A stretch of 64,000 nucleotides of DNA from NCBI GenBank assembly GCA_041662625.1, contig JBAZSB010000001.1, positions 182,467-246,466 on the forward strand. The letters are read 5' to 3'. Source of the stretch: Patescibacteria group bacterium (GTDB lineage: Bacteria; Patescibacteriota; Patescibacteriia; Buchananbacterales; UBA6539). The position numbers and the translations under genes were made by a program. Positions within the stretch are counted from its first letter, which is position 1. Each line of letters begins with the position of its first letter. The notes under the pieces were generated by a model. It ran no database searches. It was not told the DNA's origin and worked only from the letters and a program-made list of their open reading frames with translations. This document shows positions 55,616 through 64,000 of this stretch, piece by piece.

Positions 55616-57223
55616 TTAGGTCAATTTTTCTTTTTCCACTATTTCTTCAGCAATCACTGGCCGGCGGAAAAATCGCTTTTTAAAAACCGCCATAAACATA
55701 TTTAATTCCTCATTTTTCAAAACCCAACAAATCAGAAAATATATAGCTAGACCGCCCAGACTGGCAGCAATTGTCTGAGTGGCAACGCCAATAAAAGTTT
55801 GGAGTCCCATTATCTTTTCAATCGGATATTTGATTGCCTGAGCAGTTAGAGCCAGCATAAAAGTAGCAACCGAAATTTTAACAAAAGAAATGCTGATTTT
55901 TTCGCCGTCTAAGTTGCCCAAACGGTAATGCAGTAGAAGGACTAAAAGAATAAAATTTAAAATACTAGATAAAGAAAAGGCTAAGGCTAATCCACTCACA
56001 CCTAAGGGTTCAACCAGCATAACTGCCAAAATAACATTAGCTAAAGCCGAAAATAAACCAGCATAAAATGGCGTTTTACTATCCTGCTGGGCATAGAAAG
56101 CCCGGGCTAGAACTAAAATTAGAGACTGGGCAAATAAGCTTAAGGCAAATAATGACAAAGTCTCCAGAGTTAACACAGTATCTTCCCAATCAAATTTACC
56201 GCTCCCTAAGATTACCCGGACAATTTGAGCGCGTAAAATGACCAGTAAGGCTGAAGCCGGGATAATGAGAAACAGAATTTGTCTGATCGCCAAAGAAAGT
56301 GTTTGAATAAATTCCTTTTTCTTTTTGGCAAGTTCGGATAAAGTCGGAAAAGCGGCAATTGCAAAAGAAACGCCGAAAATACCTAAAGGAAAACTTTGAA
56401 TGTTATTGGCCAAATTAAAAATAGTAATACTACCAACAGCTAAGGTGGAACCGATAATTGTTACGACTAAAAAATTTATTTGACTGGCAACTAACCCCAG
56501 GGTCCTGGGTATCATCATTTTTATAATTTTAATTAATCCCGGGTGGGTCAAATTAAATACCCATTGGTAGTGGTAGCCGAGGGCGAAAACAGCAATAATT
56601 TGAATGATCATGTGAAAGAAAGCACCAAAAACTACTCCCCAGGCCAACCCAAAGATTCCAAGAGATGGAACAAAAAATAAAGCGCCAATAATAATGCCAA
56701 TATTATAAAGGATTGGGGCAAGAGAATAGATAAAAAATCTCTTGAATGATTGTAAAACACTACCAAAAATTCCCGAGATACCCAAAAGCAGCGGGCTTAA
56801 AAACATTATTTGGGTCATTAACGCCGTAGTTTCTAATTGGGCCGGACTAAAGCCAGGTGTAATCAATTTTACCAGCCAAGGAGCCAAAATTATTAATAAC
56901 CCAGAAATTAGAATCAGGCTGAAAAGCATCACGTTCAAAACGTCATTAAGCAATTCCCACGCCCTATCCTTTTTTGCTAGATAAGTAGTAAAGACCGGGA
57001 TGAAGCCGGCCGAAAGTGCTCCTAAGATTAATAAATTGAAAATCAGATCTGGGATTCGAAAAGCGGCATAATAAATATCTAGTTCTGTTCCCGCGCCAAA
57101 TTCACCCGCCAAAACTCGATCCCGCAGGATACCTAAAAGACGAGAAACTAAAGAAGTTGCTCCCAAAATTACAGCAGCCGAAGTAATGGTTTTTGATTCG
57201 CCATTAAATAATTTTTTTAGCAT
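55616..57223 (-). CDS. murJ: Lipid II flippase MurJ (MviN)
   Basis: N-terminal GLLRDxxxAxxFGAG-type motif (LGILRDRVLAGEFGAG). Fourteen-TM MOP-superfamily architecture. Confidence 0.85.
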   Translation of the reverse strand: MLKKLFNGESKTITSAAVILGATSLVSRLLGILRDRVLAGEFGAGTELDIYYAAFRIPDLIFNLLILGALSAGFIPVFTTYLAKKDRAWELLNDVLNVMLFSLILISGLLIILAPWLVKLITPGFSPAQLETTALMTQIMFLSPLLLGISGIFGSVLQSFKRFFIYSLAPILYNIGIIIGALFFVPSLGIFGLAWGVVFGAFFHMIIQIIAVFALGYHYQWVFNLTHPGLIKIIKMMIPRTLGLVASQINFLVVTIIGSTLAVGSITIFNLANNIQSFPLGIFGVSFAIAAFPTLSELAKKKKEFIQTLSLAIRQILFLIIPASALLVILRAQIVRVILGSGKFDWEDTVLTLETLSLFALSLFAQSLILVLARAFYAQQDSKTPFYAGLFSALANVILAVMLVEPLGVSGLALAFSLSSILNFILLVLLLHYRLGNLDGEKISISFVKISVATFMLALTAQAIKYPIEKIMGLQTFIGVATQTIAASLGGLAIYFLICWVLKNEELNMFMAVFKKRFFRRPVIAEEIVEKEKLT

Positions 57224-57237
57224 AAATTTAGCTTAAT

Positions 57238-58410
57238 CTAGCTAAAATTTTTGGTTTGCTGAGCAATCATTAATTCTTCGTCGGTGGGAATAACTATACT
57301 TTTAACTTTGGGCCAGGCTTTTCTCACTTCTCTCATGATCAAATTTCTGATTATTTGATTTCTTTCGCCAATACCAGCGGTGAAAACAATATAATTAGTG
57401 CCGCCCATTAAAGTGGCATAGCTGCCGATGTATCGGACAATATTATAAATAAATATTTTTAAGGCTAGCTGGCCTTGTTTTTTTTCTTTTTGAGTAAATC
57501 TTCTTTTTGCTTTATAGCCAGGAATTTTATAGCCTGAGGCAATCATAATATCACGCATGTCGTTGCTATAACCAAAAATACCCAACAACCCTGATTTTTT
57601 ATTTAGAATGTCTGAAATCTCTTCCACATTAAGATTCAATTTTTTCATCAGAAAAAAAGCAACCGATGGATCAATATCGCCGCTTCTGGTTCCCATTGTT
57701 ACACCCTCTAAGGGCGTAAAGCCCATGGAAGTGGCAATCGCTTTACCAAATTTAACTGCGGTGATTGAACAGCCAGAACCCAGATGGCAAGTAATAAGTT
57801 TGAGTTTATTTAAAGGTTTTTTTAGTTTTTCTGCAGTTTTTAAAGTGACATAATTATGAGAGGTACCGTGAAAGCCATAACGGCGGATTTCAAAATCTAA
57901 ATAGTACTGAAAAGGAATGGCATAAAGGTAAGCATAATCGGGAATAGTTTTATAAAAAGCGGTGTCAAAAACAGCAACATTTTTAATACTCGGCAAATCT
58001 TTCAAGCAAGTAGTAATACAAGTAAGATTAATGGGGTTATGAAGCGGAGCCAATTCGTTATATTTTTCTAGTTTACTTAAATTTTTTTTAGTAATAACTG
58101 TTGGTTTCACGAAGTCTTGCCCGCCATGGACTACCCGGTGGCCGACAATTCTAATTCTTCTTTTCCAGTGTTTGAGGTGGGCTAAAACAATTTGGAGGGC
58201 CTGATGATGGTTAGGGATGCCTTCTGGATAAGTTTTCATGATCATTCTTTTTGACAAAGTCTCTTCAATTTTAATAAAGGAGCCTTCAAGGCCAATTTTT
58301 TCCACAATTCCTGAAACTGCAACCGAAAAATCATCTTGGTGAAAAACTTTAAACTTTAGAGTCGCTGAGCCGGAATTAATTACTAAAATATATTCTTTAA
58401 ATTTTGCCAT
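57238..58410 (-). CDS. ackA: Acetate kinase
   Basis: LVINSGSATLKFKV (N-terminal ATP motif), RIVGHRVVHGG and GFHGTSH match acetate kinase. Confidence 0.85.
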   Translation of the reverse strand: MAKFKEYILVINSGSATLKFKVFHQDDFSVAVSGIVEKIGLEGSFIKIEETLSKRMIMKTYPEGIPNHHQALQIVLAHLKHWKRRIRIVGHRVVHGGQDFVKPTVITKKNLSKLEKYNELAPLHNPINLTCITTCLKDLPSIKNVAVFDTAFYKTIPDYAYLYAIPFQYYLDFEIRRYGFHGTSHNYVTLKTAEKLKKPLNKLKLITCHLGSGCSITAVKFGKAIATSMGFTPLEGVTMGTRSGDIDPSVAFFLMKKLNLNVEEISDILNKKSGLLGIFGYSNDMRDIMIASGYKIPGYKAKRRFTQKEKKQGQLALKIFIYNIVRYIGSYATLMGGTNYIVFTAGIGERNQIIRNLIMREVRKAWPKVKSIVIPTDEELMIAQQTKNFS

Positions 58411-58564
58411 AAATAAAAAAAATCATTGTCATCACTTCTAAAAAGGGTGATTTTGTCTTTTATTCAAGTTTTGACTTAATAATTAAAGCTGCCACTACAC
58501 CGACAAAAACAAGAAATAAAACCATCCACATTGGGCCACTAGACATAAGATATTTAATTAATAA

Positions 58565-59185
58565 TTAGATAATAATTTCTCCGGTTTGGCCATCTTTCAG
58601 ACCAGCGGCATTAGCTTCATCCGTATCGAGGTGAACTCTTGGCTTAAAATTTTCATTAACCCTCACTAAAATGTTATGGAAGGTAACACTTCTTTGACCG
58701 GTTGTTTTTAAAGAAATTAATTGCCCGTTTTTAAGACCAATTTTTTGCGCGGTTTTTGGATCGGTATGAAAATGACGATAAGCAATAATTATAGAACAAC
58801 GTTTAATTTTTCCTTTGGGGCCAGAAATTTCAGCAATCACGCAGCCATCGATTTTGTCCGGACAAGTACATTCGGCCACAGGTGGTTTAATTTTTAAATG
58901 ATAGGCTTCGGTTAGAGAAACTTCTACTTGTGTATTTTTTCTTTCTGGGCCTAAAATTCTGACATCCTCAATTTTTTTATCGCCTACTGCAACAGTTACT
59001 GTTTCTTTAGCAGCAAATTGTTTATTTTGTGATAAGGTTTTAAGTGGTGTCAGTTGATAATTTTTGCCGTAAATTACATCTAAATCTTTACGGGAAATAT
59101 GGCAATGGTGACCCGAGACCTCAATTATAGCTTTTCCGCCATAGGTGGACCCGCCTTTAGCGGTCATTATCTTATTTTTATCCAT
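58565..59185 (-). CDS. pduL: PduL-type phosphate acyltransferase (phosphotransacetylase analogue)
   Basis: Two PduL repeats: HISRKDLDVIYG... and AYRHFHTDPKTAQKIGLKNGQ...RVHLDTDEANAAGLKDGQTGEII. Confidence 0.65.
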   Translation of the reverse strand: MDKNKIMTAKGGSTYGGKAIIEVSGHHCHISRKDLDVIYGKNYQLTPLKTLSQNKQFAAKETVTVAVGDKKIEDVRILGPERKNTQVEVSLTEAYHLKIKPPVAECTCPDKIDGCVIAEISGPKGKIKRCSIIIAYRHFHTDPKTAQKIGLKNGQLISLKTTGQRSVTFHNILVRVNENFKPRVHLDTDEANAAGLKDGQTGEIII

Positions 59186-59208
59186 ACTTATTTAATTTTT
59201 AATATTAA

Positions 59209-60222
59209 TTACTTTTGTAATCGTTTTTTTAGTTCTTTTAGGTTCAGCAGACCATTGTGAGCACCAATTTTTGTTATTACCGAAGCACTATTAATTATCC
59301 CCCACCTTAATGCTTTTTGAATATTATTATTTTCTGAAATTAAGCCAGCCAGAAAACTGGCACCAAAGGCATCCCCAACTCCGGTCGTATCAATAACCTT
59401 TGGTTTTAGAGCTTTTTGTCTATAGATTTTTTGGCCATTATAAGCCCAGGCTCCCTTATTCCCTTCGGTAATTACTATTATCTTTGGCCCCCATTCCTGA
59501 AGAATATTTAAAAGGTATAATGGTCGATTGAGATAGTTAGGATTTTTTTTGCCTAGTTTGACTCCCGATAAGACTAATTCGATTGCTTCATCCTTATTTA
59601 AGATCAAAATGTCAGTTTGTTTAAGAAAATCATTTAAGACTCTTTTGCCTTCTCGCAATTGGCGGCTACCGGGGTTCCAAACGATTTTAATCTTTTTTTG
59701 TTTAGCAAGTTTAAAAATTGATTTTAAATTTCTTTGCCAACCGAGCCCGGCGAGCGACGTAATATAAAACCAGTCACTGTTTAATTTATTATTATTCCTT
59801 TGATCAAAATCTAGAAAATTAGCGGCGCCGCGATAAGAAAAAACTATATGTTCTTTCTCTTTTTTTTCAGTGGTTAAAATTACAGAAAAACCAGTTTGGT
59901 TTCTCTGATCTAGCTGAATTAGGCCAGTGTCAACTTTTTCTTTTTTTAGGTTAGCTAAAACTTCTTTTCCCATTTCGTCTTTTCCAACGGCAGCGATAAT
60001 AGCGGTTTTCAAATTTAAGCGAGCTAAACAAACAGCGGTATTGGCTGCACCGCCACCAGAATTAAAATAGGCCTCTTTAATATTAATTTTTCCGCCCCAT
60101 TCAAAAGCCAGCATCTTTTGGGCGGTGAGATTTTCCGGAGTAGAAAAAATTCGGCCTTCCTTAGTGTAAAAAGTAATGTCTCTTACTGCCCCACCGATTG
60201 TTACTATATTAAAATGATTCAT
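59209..60222 (-). CDS. PfkB-family carbohydrate/nucleoside kinase
   Basis: GGAANTA and DTTGVGDAFGASFLAGL match the ribokinase-family motifs. Confidence 0.75.
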   Translation of the reverse strand: MNHFNIVTIGGAVRDITFYTKEGRIFSTPENLTAQKMLAFEWGGKINIKEAYFNSGGGAANTAVCLARLNLKTAIIAAVGKDEMGKEVLANLKKEKVDTGLIQLDQRNQTGFSVILTTEKKEKEHIVFSYRGAANFLDFDQRNNNKLNSDWFYITSLAGLGWQRNLKSIFKLAKQKKIKIVWNPGSRQLREGKRVLNDFLKQTDILILNKDEAIELVLSGVKLGKKNPNYLNRPLYLLNILQEWGPKIIVITEGNKGAWAYNGQKIYRQKALKPKVIDTTGVGDAFGASFLAGLISENNNIQKALRWGIINSASVITKIGAHNGLLNLKELKKRLQK

Positions 60223-60254
60223 AAAGTCGGCACAATAACAATTATTTTTTTAAA

Positions 60255-60635
60255 TTAACTTTTTTTGATGGCTGCCTGACTAATCTTTTTAACCAATTCA
60301 TCAATAGACAAATCTGCTTTGACCAGGTAGTCTATCGCTCCCAGTTCTAGCCCTTTCCTGATTTCTTCGCTTTGGCCCAAATTAGACAAAATGATCACGG
60401 GAATTTCCCTGGTTTCTTTTTGTTGTTTCAAATTGCTTAGACACTCGAAACCACTTTTGCCAGGTAAAAGAATGTCTAAAATAATAATGGCTGGTTTTTC
60501 AATTCTGGCTTTTTCTACCCCTTCATCAGCCTCAAGGGCTAAAATTACCTTAAATTTTTTTTGATCCAGGGCCGCTTCAATAAGTTTGACCAGTGATTTA
60601 TCATCTTCAATCACTAAAATTTTGGTCTTGGCCAT
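60255..60635 (-). CDS. Single-domain response regulator (CheY-like receiver)
   Basis: ILVIEDD...DILLPGKSGFE...K matches the receiver-domain signature. 126 aa with no output domain. Confidence 0.8.
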   Translation of the reverse strand: MAKTKILVIEDDKSLVKLIEAALDQKKFKVILALEADEGVEKARIEKPAIIILDILLPGKSGFECLSNLKQQKETREIPVIILSNLGQSEEIRKGLELGAIDYLVKADLSIDELVKKISQAAIKKS

Positions 60636-60653
60636 ATGATTTATTTAGATTAT

Positions 60654-62213
60654 TTAAGCTATTGGCAGGCTAATATAGAAGGTTGATCCTTTGCCCAATT
60701 TACTGGTAAACCAGATATCACCTTGATGTAAATTAATAATTGATTTGGTAATATAAAGGCCTAAGCCGGTCCCTTCAGACTCTGAACTTAAAACTTTTTT
60801 ACTCCGAAAAAACCGAGTGAAAAGTTTATTCTGTTCCTCGGGGGAAATTCCAATGCCCGTATCTTTAACCGCTAAAATTAAATAGCCTTTTTTATTGTCA
60901 ATAAAATTGATTTGGCTAGATACCAAAGTGTTACTAATTTTTTTTAATTTTTTACCGGTTTTTTGATCTAGATTAATAGAAACTTTTCCACCTCGGGGAG
61001 TATATTTGATTGCATTAGAAAGTAAATTAGTAATAACTTGGGCAATTCGATTAGGATCGGCGATAATTTTAGGCAAATTTGTCTTTTTACTTGGCCATTG
61101 AATTTTAATTTTCTTTTCCTTGGCTTGTGCCTTAAAGCCATTAATCACATCTGAGACTACTTCTTCCAATATAATCATTTTAGGTTCGACCTCGAATTTA
61201 CCTTCTTGAAGTTTTGCTAAATTTAAAAGATCTCGTACCAAGACAAGCAGTCTTTCATTGCCGCGATAAATCTGATTAATTAATTCTATTTGTTCCCCGT
61301 TTAATTTTCCCGGCCTTTGGCTTTTCAGCATTTCTAGACTCCATTTGGTTGTACCTAAAGGCGCTTTAAGCTCATGAACAGTAATTGAAACAAATTCTCG
61401 TTCTTTTCTAAGTATATCTTCCGGTTTTTCCGTTTCTCGTTTTGTCATTTCAATCGGACTAGCTTTAAAAGTTGGCAGGTAAATGAAAAAAATAGTCATT
61501 TTATTTTCTTGGCTGATAAATCCGATTTTTCCCCCTGAAGCTTCAATAACTTTTTTTGCTAAGTAAAGATTCAAACCCAAGCCTTCAGTTTGGGTTTTTA
61601 TGGCATTAAGACCTCGAAAAAATTTAGAAAAAACTAAATGTTTTTGATTTTCCGGGATGCCAATTCCATTATCTTTTATTTTGATTAGCACATATTTTTT
61701 TGATTTTTTTAAACCGATTTTTACCCTGCCTTTTTGTTTGGTGTAACGAATCGCGTTATCAATCAAAGCATTGAGCACCGGTTCAAGGTACAAAGGATCA
61801 ACATAAACTTTTGGTAAGTGCGGTTCGGCATCAAAATCAATAGTACAATTAGAAGCTTGGGCAAAATTTTTATGTTTAGCAATTAGATTCTTGATTATTT
61901 TTTTTAGGTCAATAAATTTTGGCATTAAATCTAAGCCTTTTTCTTCAAGCCGCGAGACACGCAAAAGATCACCAACTACTTTAACCATGAAGTTATTATT
62001 TTGGTAAGCCTCTCTAATTATTTCCCTTTGCTTTTCTAAAAGATTACCAACTTGGCCGCTTAGCAGGGTGTCCAGTGACCAACGAATGGCTGAAATCGGC
62101 GTTCTCAATTGGTGTGAGGCTACAGTAATAAAATCACTTTTGATGTCTTCTAATTTTAGCTTGTCGGCAGCAAGTAATTCTGCCACCTTATTATTTTTTT
62201 TATTTTTTCCCAT
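60654..62213 (-). CDS. Cytoplasmic tandem histidine kinase (two HisKA+HATPase_c modules in one polypeptide)
   Basis: Two H-boxes (ASHQLRTPIS and VHELKAPLG) and two N/G-box sets (LIDNAIRYT...DNGIGI...GLGL and LLSNAIKYT...DTGIGI...GTGLGL). No TM helices. Confidence 0.75.
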   Translation of the reverse strand: MGKNKKNNKVAELLAADKLKLEDIKSDFITVASHQLRTPISAIRWSLDTLLSGQVGNLLEKQREIIREAYQNNNFMVKVVGDLLRVSRLEEKGLDLMPKFIDLKKIIKNLIAKHKNFAQASNCTIDFDAEPHLPKVYVDPLYLEPVLNALIDNAIRYTKQKGRVKIGLKKSKKYVLIKIKDNGIGIPENQKHLVFSKFFRGLNAIKTQTEGLGLNLYLAKKVIEASGGKIGFISQENKMTIFFIYLPTFKASPIEMTKRETEKPEDILRKEREFVSITVHELKAPLGTTKWSLEMLKSQRPGKLNGEQIELINQIYRGNERLLVLVRDLLNLAKLQEGKFEVEPKMIILEEVVSDVINGFKAQAKEKKIKIQWPSKKTNLPKIIADPNRIAQVITNLLSNAIKYTPRGGKVSINLDQKTGKKLKKISNTLVSSQINFIDNKKGYLILAVKDTGIGISPEEQNKLFTRFFRSKKVLSSESEGTGLGLYITKSIINLHQGDIWFTSKLGKGSTFYISLPIA

Positions 62214-62294
62214 ATACTAAATATTATAACATAAAATTAATTATAATAAAACCCCCTTTCGGGGGTATGTTAGCACTATAATAATTTTTAGACT

Positions 62295-62651
62295 TTAATT
62301 AGATTTAGCTATTTCCTCTAGTCGTTCAGCCACGGTCTGGTCCAAATCCTGATATAACTGAGGATCTCTTAGACCCAGCTTACCATCTTCTTCAATGCAG
62401 GTTCGTAGGTTATCAATCTGTTGTTCAAAATCGTGAACTTGGTCTAAAAGCTTTGCCAGTTCACCGGAATAATCATTGGCTCTATCAGTTTGGCTTTGAT
62501 CGAAAATCTGTTGCCATTTTTCCTTAGTTAATCGGAGCTGGACGGTAAGTTCAGCTAGTCGGTCAAATTGCTGTTCTTTTGACATTCCAGTAACTTCCGC
62601 CTTAAGTCGGTCTAAACCAGTGAGATAGTCCTGCATTAATATATCTGGCAT
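62295..62651 (-). CDS. Hypothetical coiled-coil protein
   Basis: ORF only, with a terminator hairpin (ccccc-gaaa-ggggg plus U-run) downstream on the minus strand. Confidence 0.3.
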   Translation of the reverse strand: MPDILMQDYLTGLDRLKAEVTGMSKEQQFDRLAELTVQLRLTKEKWQQIFDQSQTDRANDYSGELAKLLDQVHDFEQQIDNLRTCIEEDGKLGLRDPQLYQDLDQTVAERLEEIAKSN

Positions 62652-62663
62652 TAGTATTTGAGA

Positions 62664-63857
62664 TTAAAGAATTAAAAGTTGATGGGAGACTTGTTCGACA
62701 AAATGAAATTTTACCAAAATCATGGCTAAAAGTAAAGCGATTACCACAACGCTCTGGAGAATGATGGAAGCATGTTGAACTTTGATTTTGATAAAGATAT
62801 TCAAAGCTAAAGAAATCAGAATAAAAATCAGAAAAGCAAGAAAGAATATATTTGAATATTCAATTACTAAATCAACTAATGCCTTGCCGGATTTTTCTTC
62901 AGTTGCTACCACAATTAAACCTTCATTAGGATATTCCGTTGGGTTTTGATTAGTAATTTGTATTTCTTCTTCAGTCGGCGTGACTTGTTCACCGGCGACA
63001 TTGGCATTCTCGGGATTTTGATTAGTTAAAGCCACTTCAGCATTTTGTTTTACCGGTTCCGGTGTTTTAGCTAAAGTCGAAAGATCTTTTCTTTGGGTGC
63101 CAAAAAATTCTACCAAAAGAATTGTTTGGTGGCCACCAATCTGGCCTTCTATAACTGCCATACCAACTTCTTTGTACTTGGGGTTTAAAATATTTCGGCG
63201 GTGAGATGGACTTTTCATAAAAGCTTCATGGACGGTTTCAGCAGTTTTGAAATCCATGGCCAAATTTTCTCCGGCATAAACATAATCATATTCGCCCCGA
63301 TCAATCCACTGCCAAGGCTTTTTCCCTTCCGGGGTATCATGAGCAAAGTAGTCACGATTGATCATATCCTGTCCTTTAGCTTGGGCGAATTTTTCTAAAA
63401 AAGTATCTGATACTAAAGGTTCAATGCCAGCTTCTTTCCTTGACTCATTAACCAGATTAATCATGTTAGACGAAATAATGGTGGATAATTCAGCCGGAGT
63501 CGGATAGGTAATAAACAGAAAACCTGTCACTAGGAGTTTTACTGAAATTACAATCAAGGCATAGCTGAGAAGACTTTTTGGCCTTAAAGCTCTAGGTTTA
63601 TTGTCATTGCCATCATAAGGGATGAAAAAGTCTTTAATCAAACAAGCTGAATCTTTGCAAAAGCGGCCAAAATCCTCTTGACCCTGAGATAACTCATTGA
63701 TCTCTTTTTTTTGACCCCTAACAAATATCTTCCATCTTTTAGGGTTAACATAAAAAATTAAAAAGCAAATGGCGTTGAAAATAATACTAAAAATCCCCAG
63801 GGTTTTTAACCACTTTAGGTTCTTTTCTTGAGATTTTTTGTTCGTTTGACCAAACAT
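62664..63857 (-). CDS. Membrane-anchored CAP/SCP/PR-1-domain protein
   Basis: YAGENLA...HRRNILNPKYKEVGMAV match CAP-domain motifs. TM helices at both termini. A Thr/Gln/Asn-rich linker. Confidence 0.6.
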   Translation of the reverse strand: MFGQTNKKSQEKNLKWLKTLGIFSIIFNAICFLIFYVNPKRWKIFVRGQKKEINELSQGQEDFGRFCKDSACLIKDFFIPYDGNDNKPRALRPKSLLSYALIVISVKLLVTGFLFITYPTPAELSTIISSNMINLVNESRKEAGIEPLVSDTFLEKFAQAKGQDMINRDYFAHDTPEGKKPWQWIDRGEYDYVYAGENLAMDFKTAETVHEAFMKSPSHRRNILNPKYKEVGMAVIEGQIGGHQTILLVEFFGTQRKDLSTLAKTPEPVKQNAEVALTNQNPENANVAGEQVTPTEEEIQITNQNPTEYPNEGLIVVATEEKSGKALVDLVIEYSNIFFLAFLIFILISLALNIFIKIKVQHASIILQSVVVIALLLAMILVKFHFVEQVSHQLLIL

Positions 63858-64000
63858 GAGAAGTTCAGTTAATCTTGATTATTTAATTATATCATAAGAT
63901 TAACTTTTTGTCAAATCCCTCTACTTTTAGCAGGAAAACCGCTAATTTAATGAAATTATCTAGATCAAAAAATTTTAATCTAAAGGGAAAGGTTCGGTCG

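Noticed and set aside
58460-58546. 28-aa hydrophobic ORF (MSSGPMWMVLFLVFVGVVAALIIKSKLE) between pduL and ackA on the minus strand
   Set aside because: It has no recognisable ribosome-binding site and the ORF is very short. It could be chance in an AT-rich spacer. It is mentioned under the ackA/pduL finding and not called as a feature.
1-64000. Looked for CRISPR arrays, rRNA genes, transposase/integrase genes and reverse transcriptases
   Set aside because: No regularly spaced direct repeats, no rRNA-like conserved blocks, and no integrase or transposase catalytic motifs (DDE, tyrosine-recombinase R..HxxR..Y) were seen in any ORF. The only mobile-element signatures are indirect: the tRNA-Lys remnant, the GC-rich islands and the recJ 3' duplication.

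Overview
This window looks like a low-GC (~35%) Candidate Phyla Radiation (CPR)-type bacterial chromosome segment, and most genes are on the minus strand. I read the following from the ORF translations and the raw sequence.

Housekeeping genes: ugd, secD, secF, ftsE, ftsX, an FtsB-like protein, YidC, dnaB, recR, rplU, rdgB, tgt, recJ, rnhA, lepA, murJ and ackA.

RNA genes: four tRNAs (Gln-TTG, Gly-CCC, Thr-CGT, Lys-TTT) and a long type-A RNase P RNA (rnpB) with its own promoter.

Cell-envelope glycan locus: a WbaP-like phosphoglycosyl transferase, three GT4 glycosyltransferases, a DUF4012 protein and a DUF11-repeat surface protein.

Other recognised genes: a P-type Ca-ATPase, a patatin-like lipase, a PduL-type phosphotransacylase next to ackA, a PfkB kinase, and a tandem histidine kinase with a response regulator.

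The unusual points are these.
- Two sharply GC-rich (~55%) blocks flank rplU. One holds two Pro/Ala-rich small ORFs and may instead be a structured RNA. The other holds a PurF-like amidophosphoribosyltransferase driven by an AT-rich host-like promoter.
- A parvulin PPIase domain that appears circularly permuted sits inside the SecD periplasmic loop and again in a separate PrsA-like protein.
- A Clp ATPase is membrane-anchored and carries an N-terminal DnaJ-type zinc finger.
- An orphan VirD4/TraG-like ATPase has a C-terminal zinc ribbon and an adjacent membrane partner.
- A degenerate tRNA-Lys copy carries a 46-nt insertion in its T-loop.
- tRNA-Gln sits inside a 17-bp extended stem.
- A promoter-plus-terminator-delimited ~280-nt GC-rich RNA lies upstream of a membrane-protein/Clp operon.
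- Tgt has lost its zinc-binding cysteines to a low-complexity insertion.
- A degraded duplicate of the recJ 3' end lies just downstream of recJ.

All functional calls are from motif recognition by eye. No database search was run.
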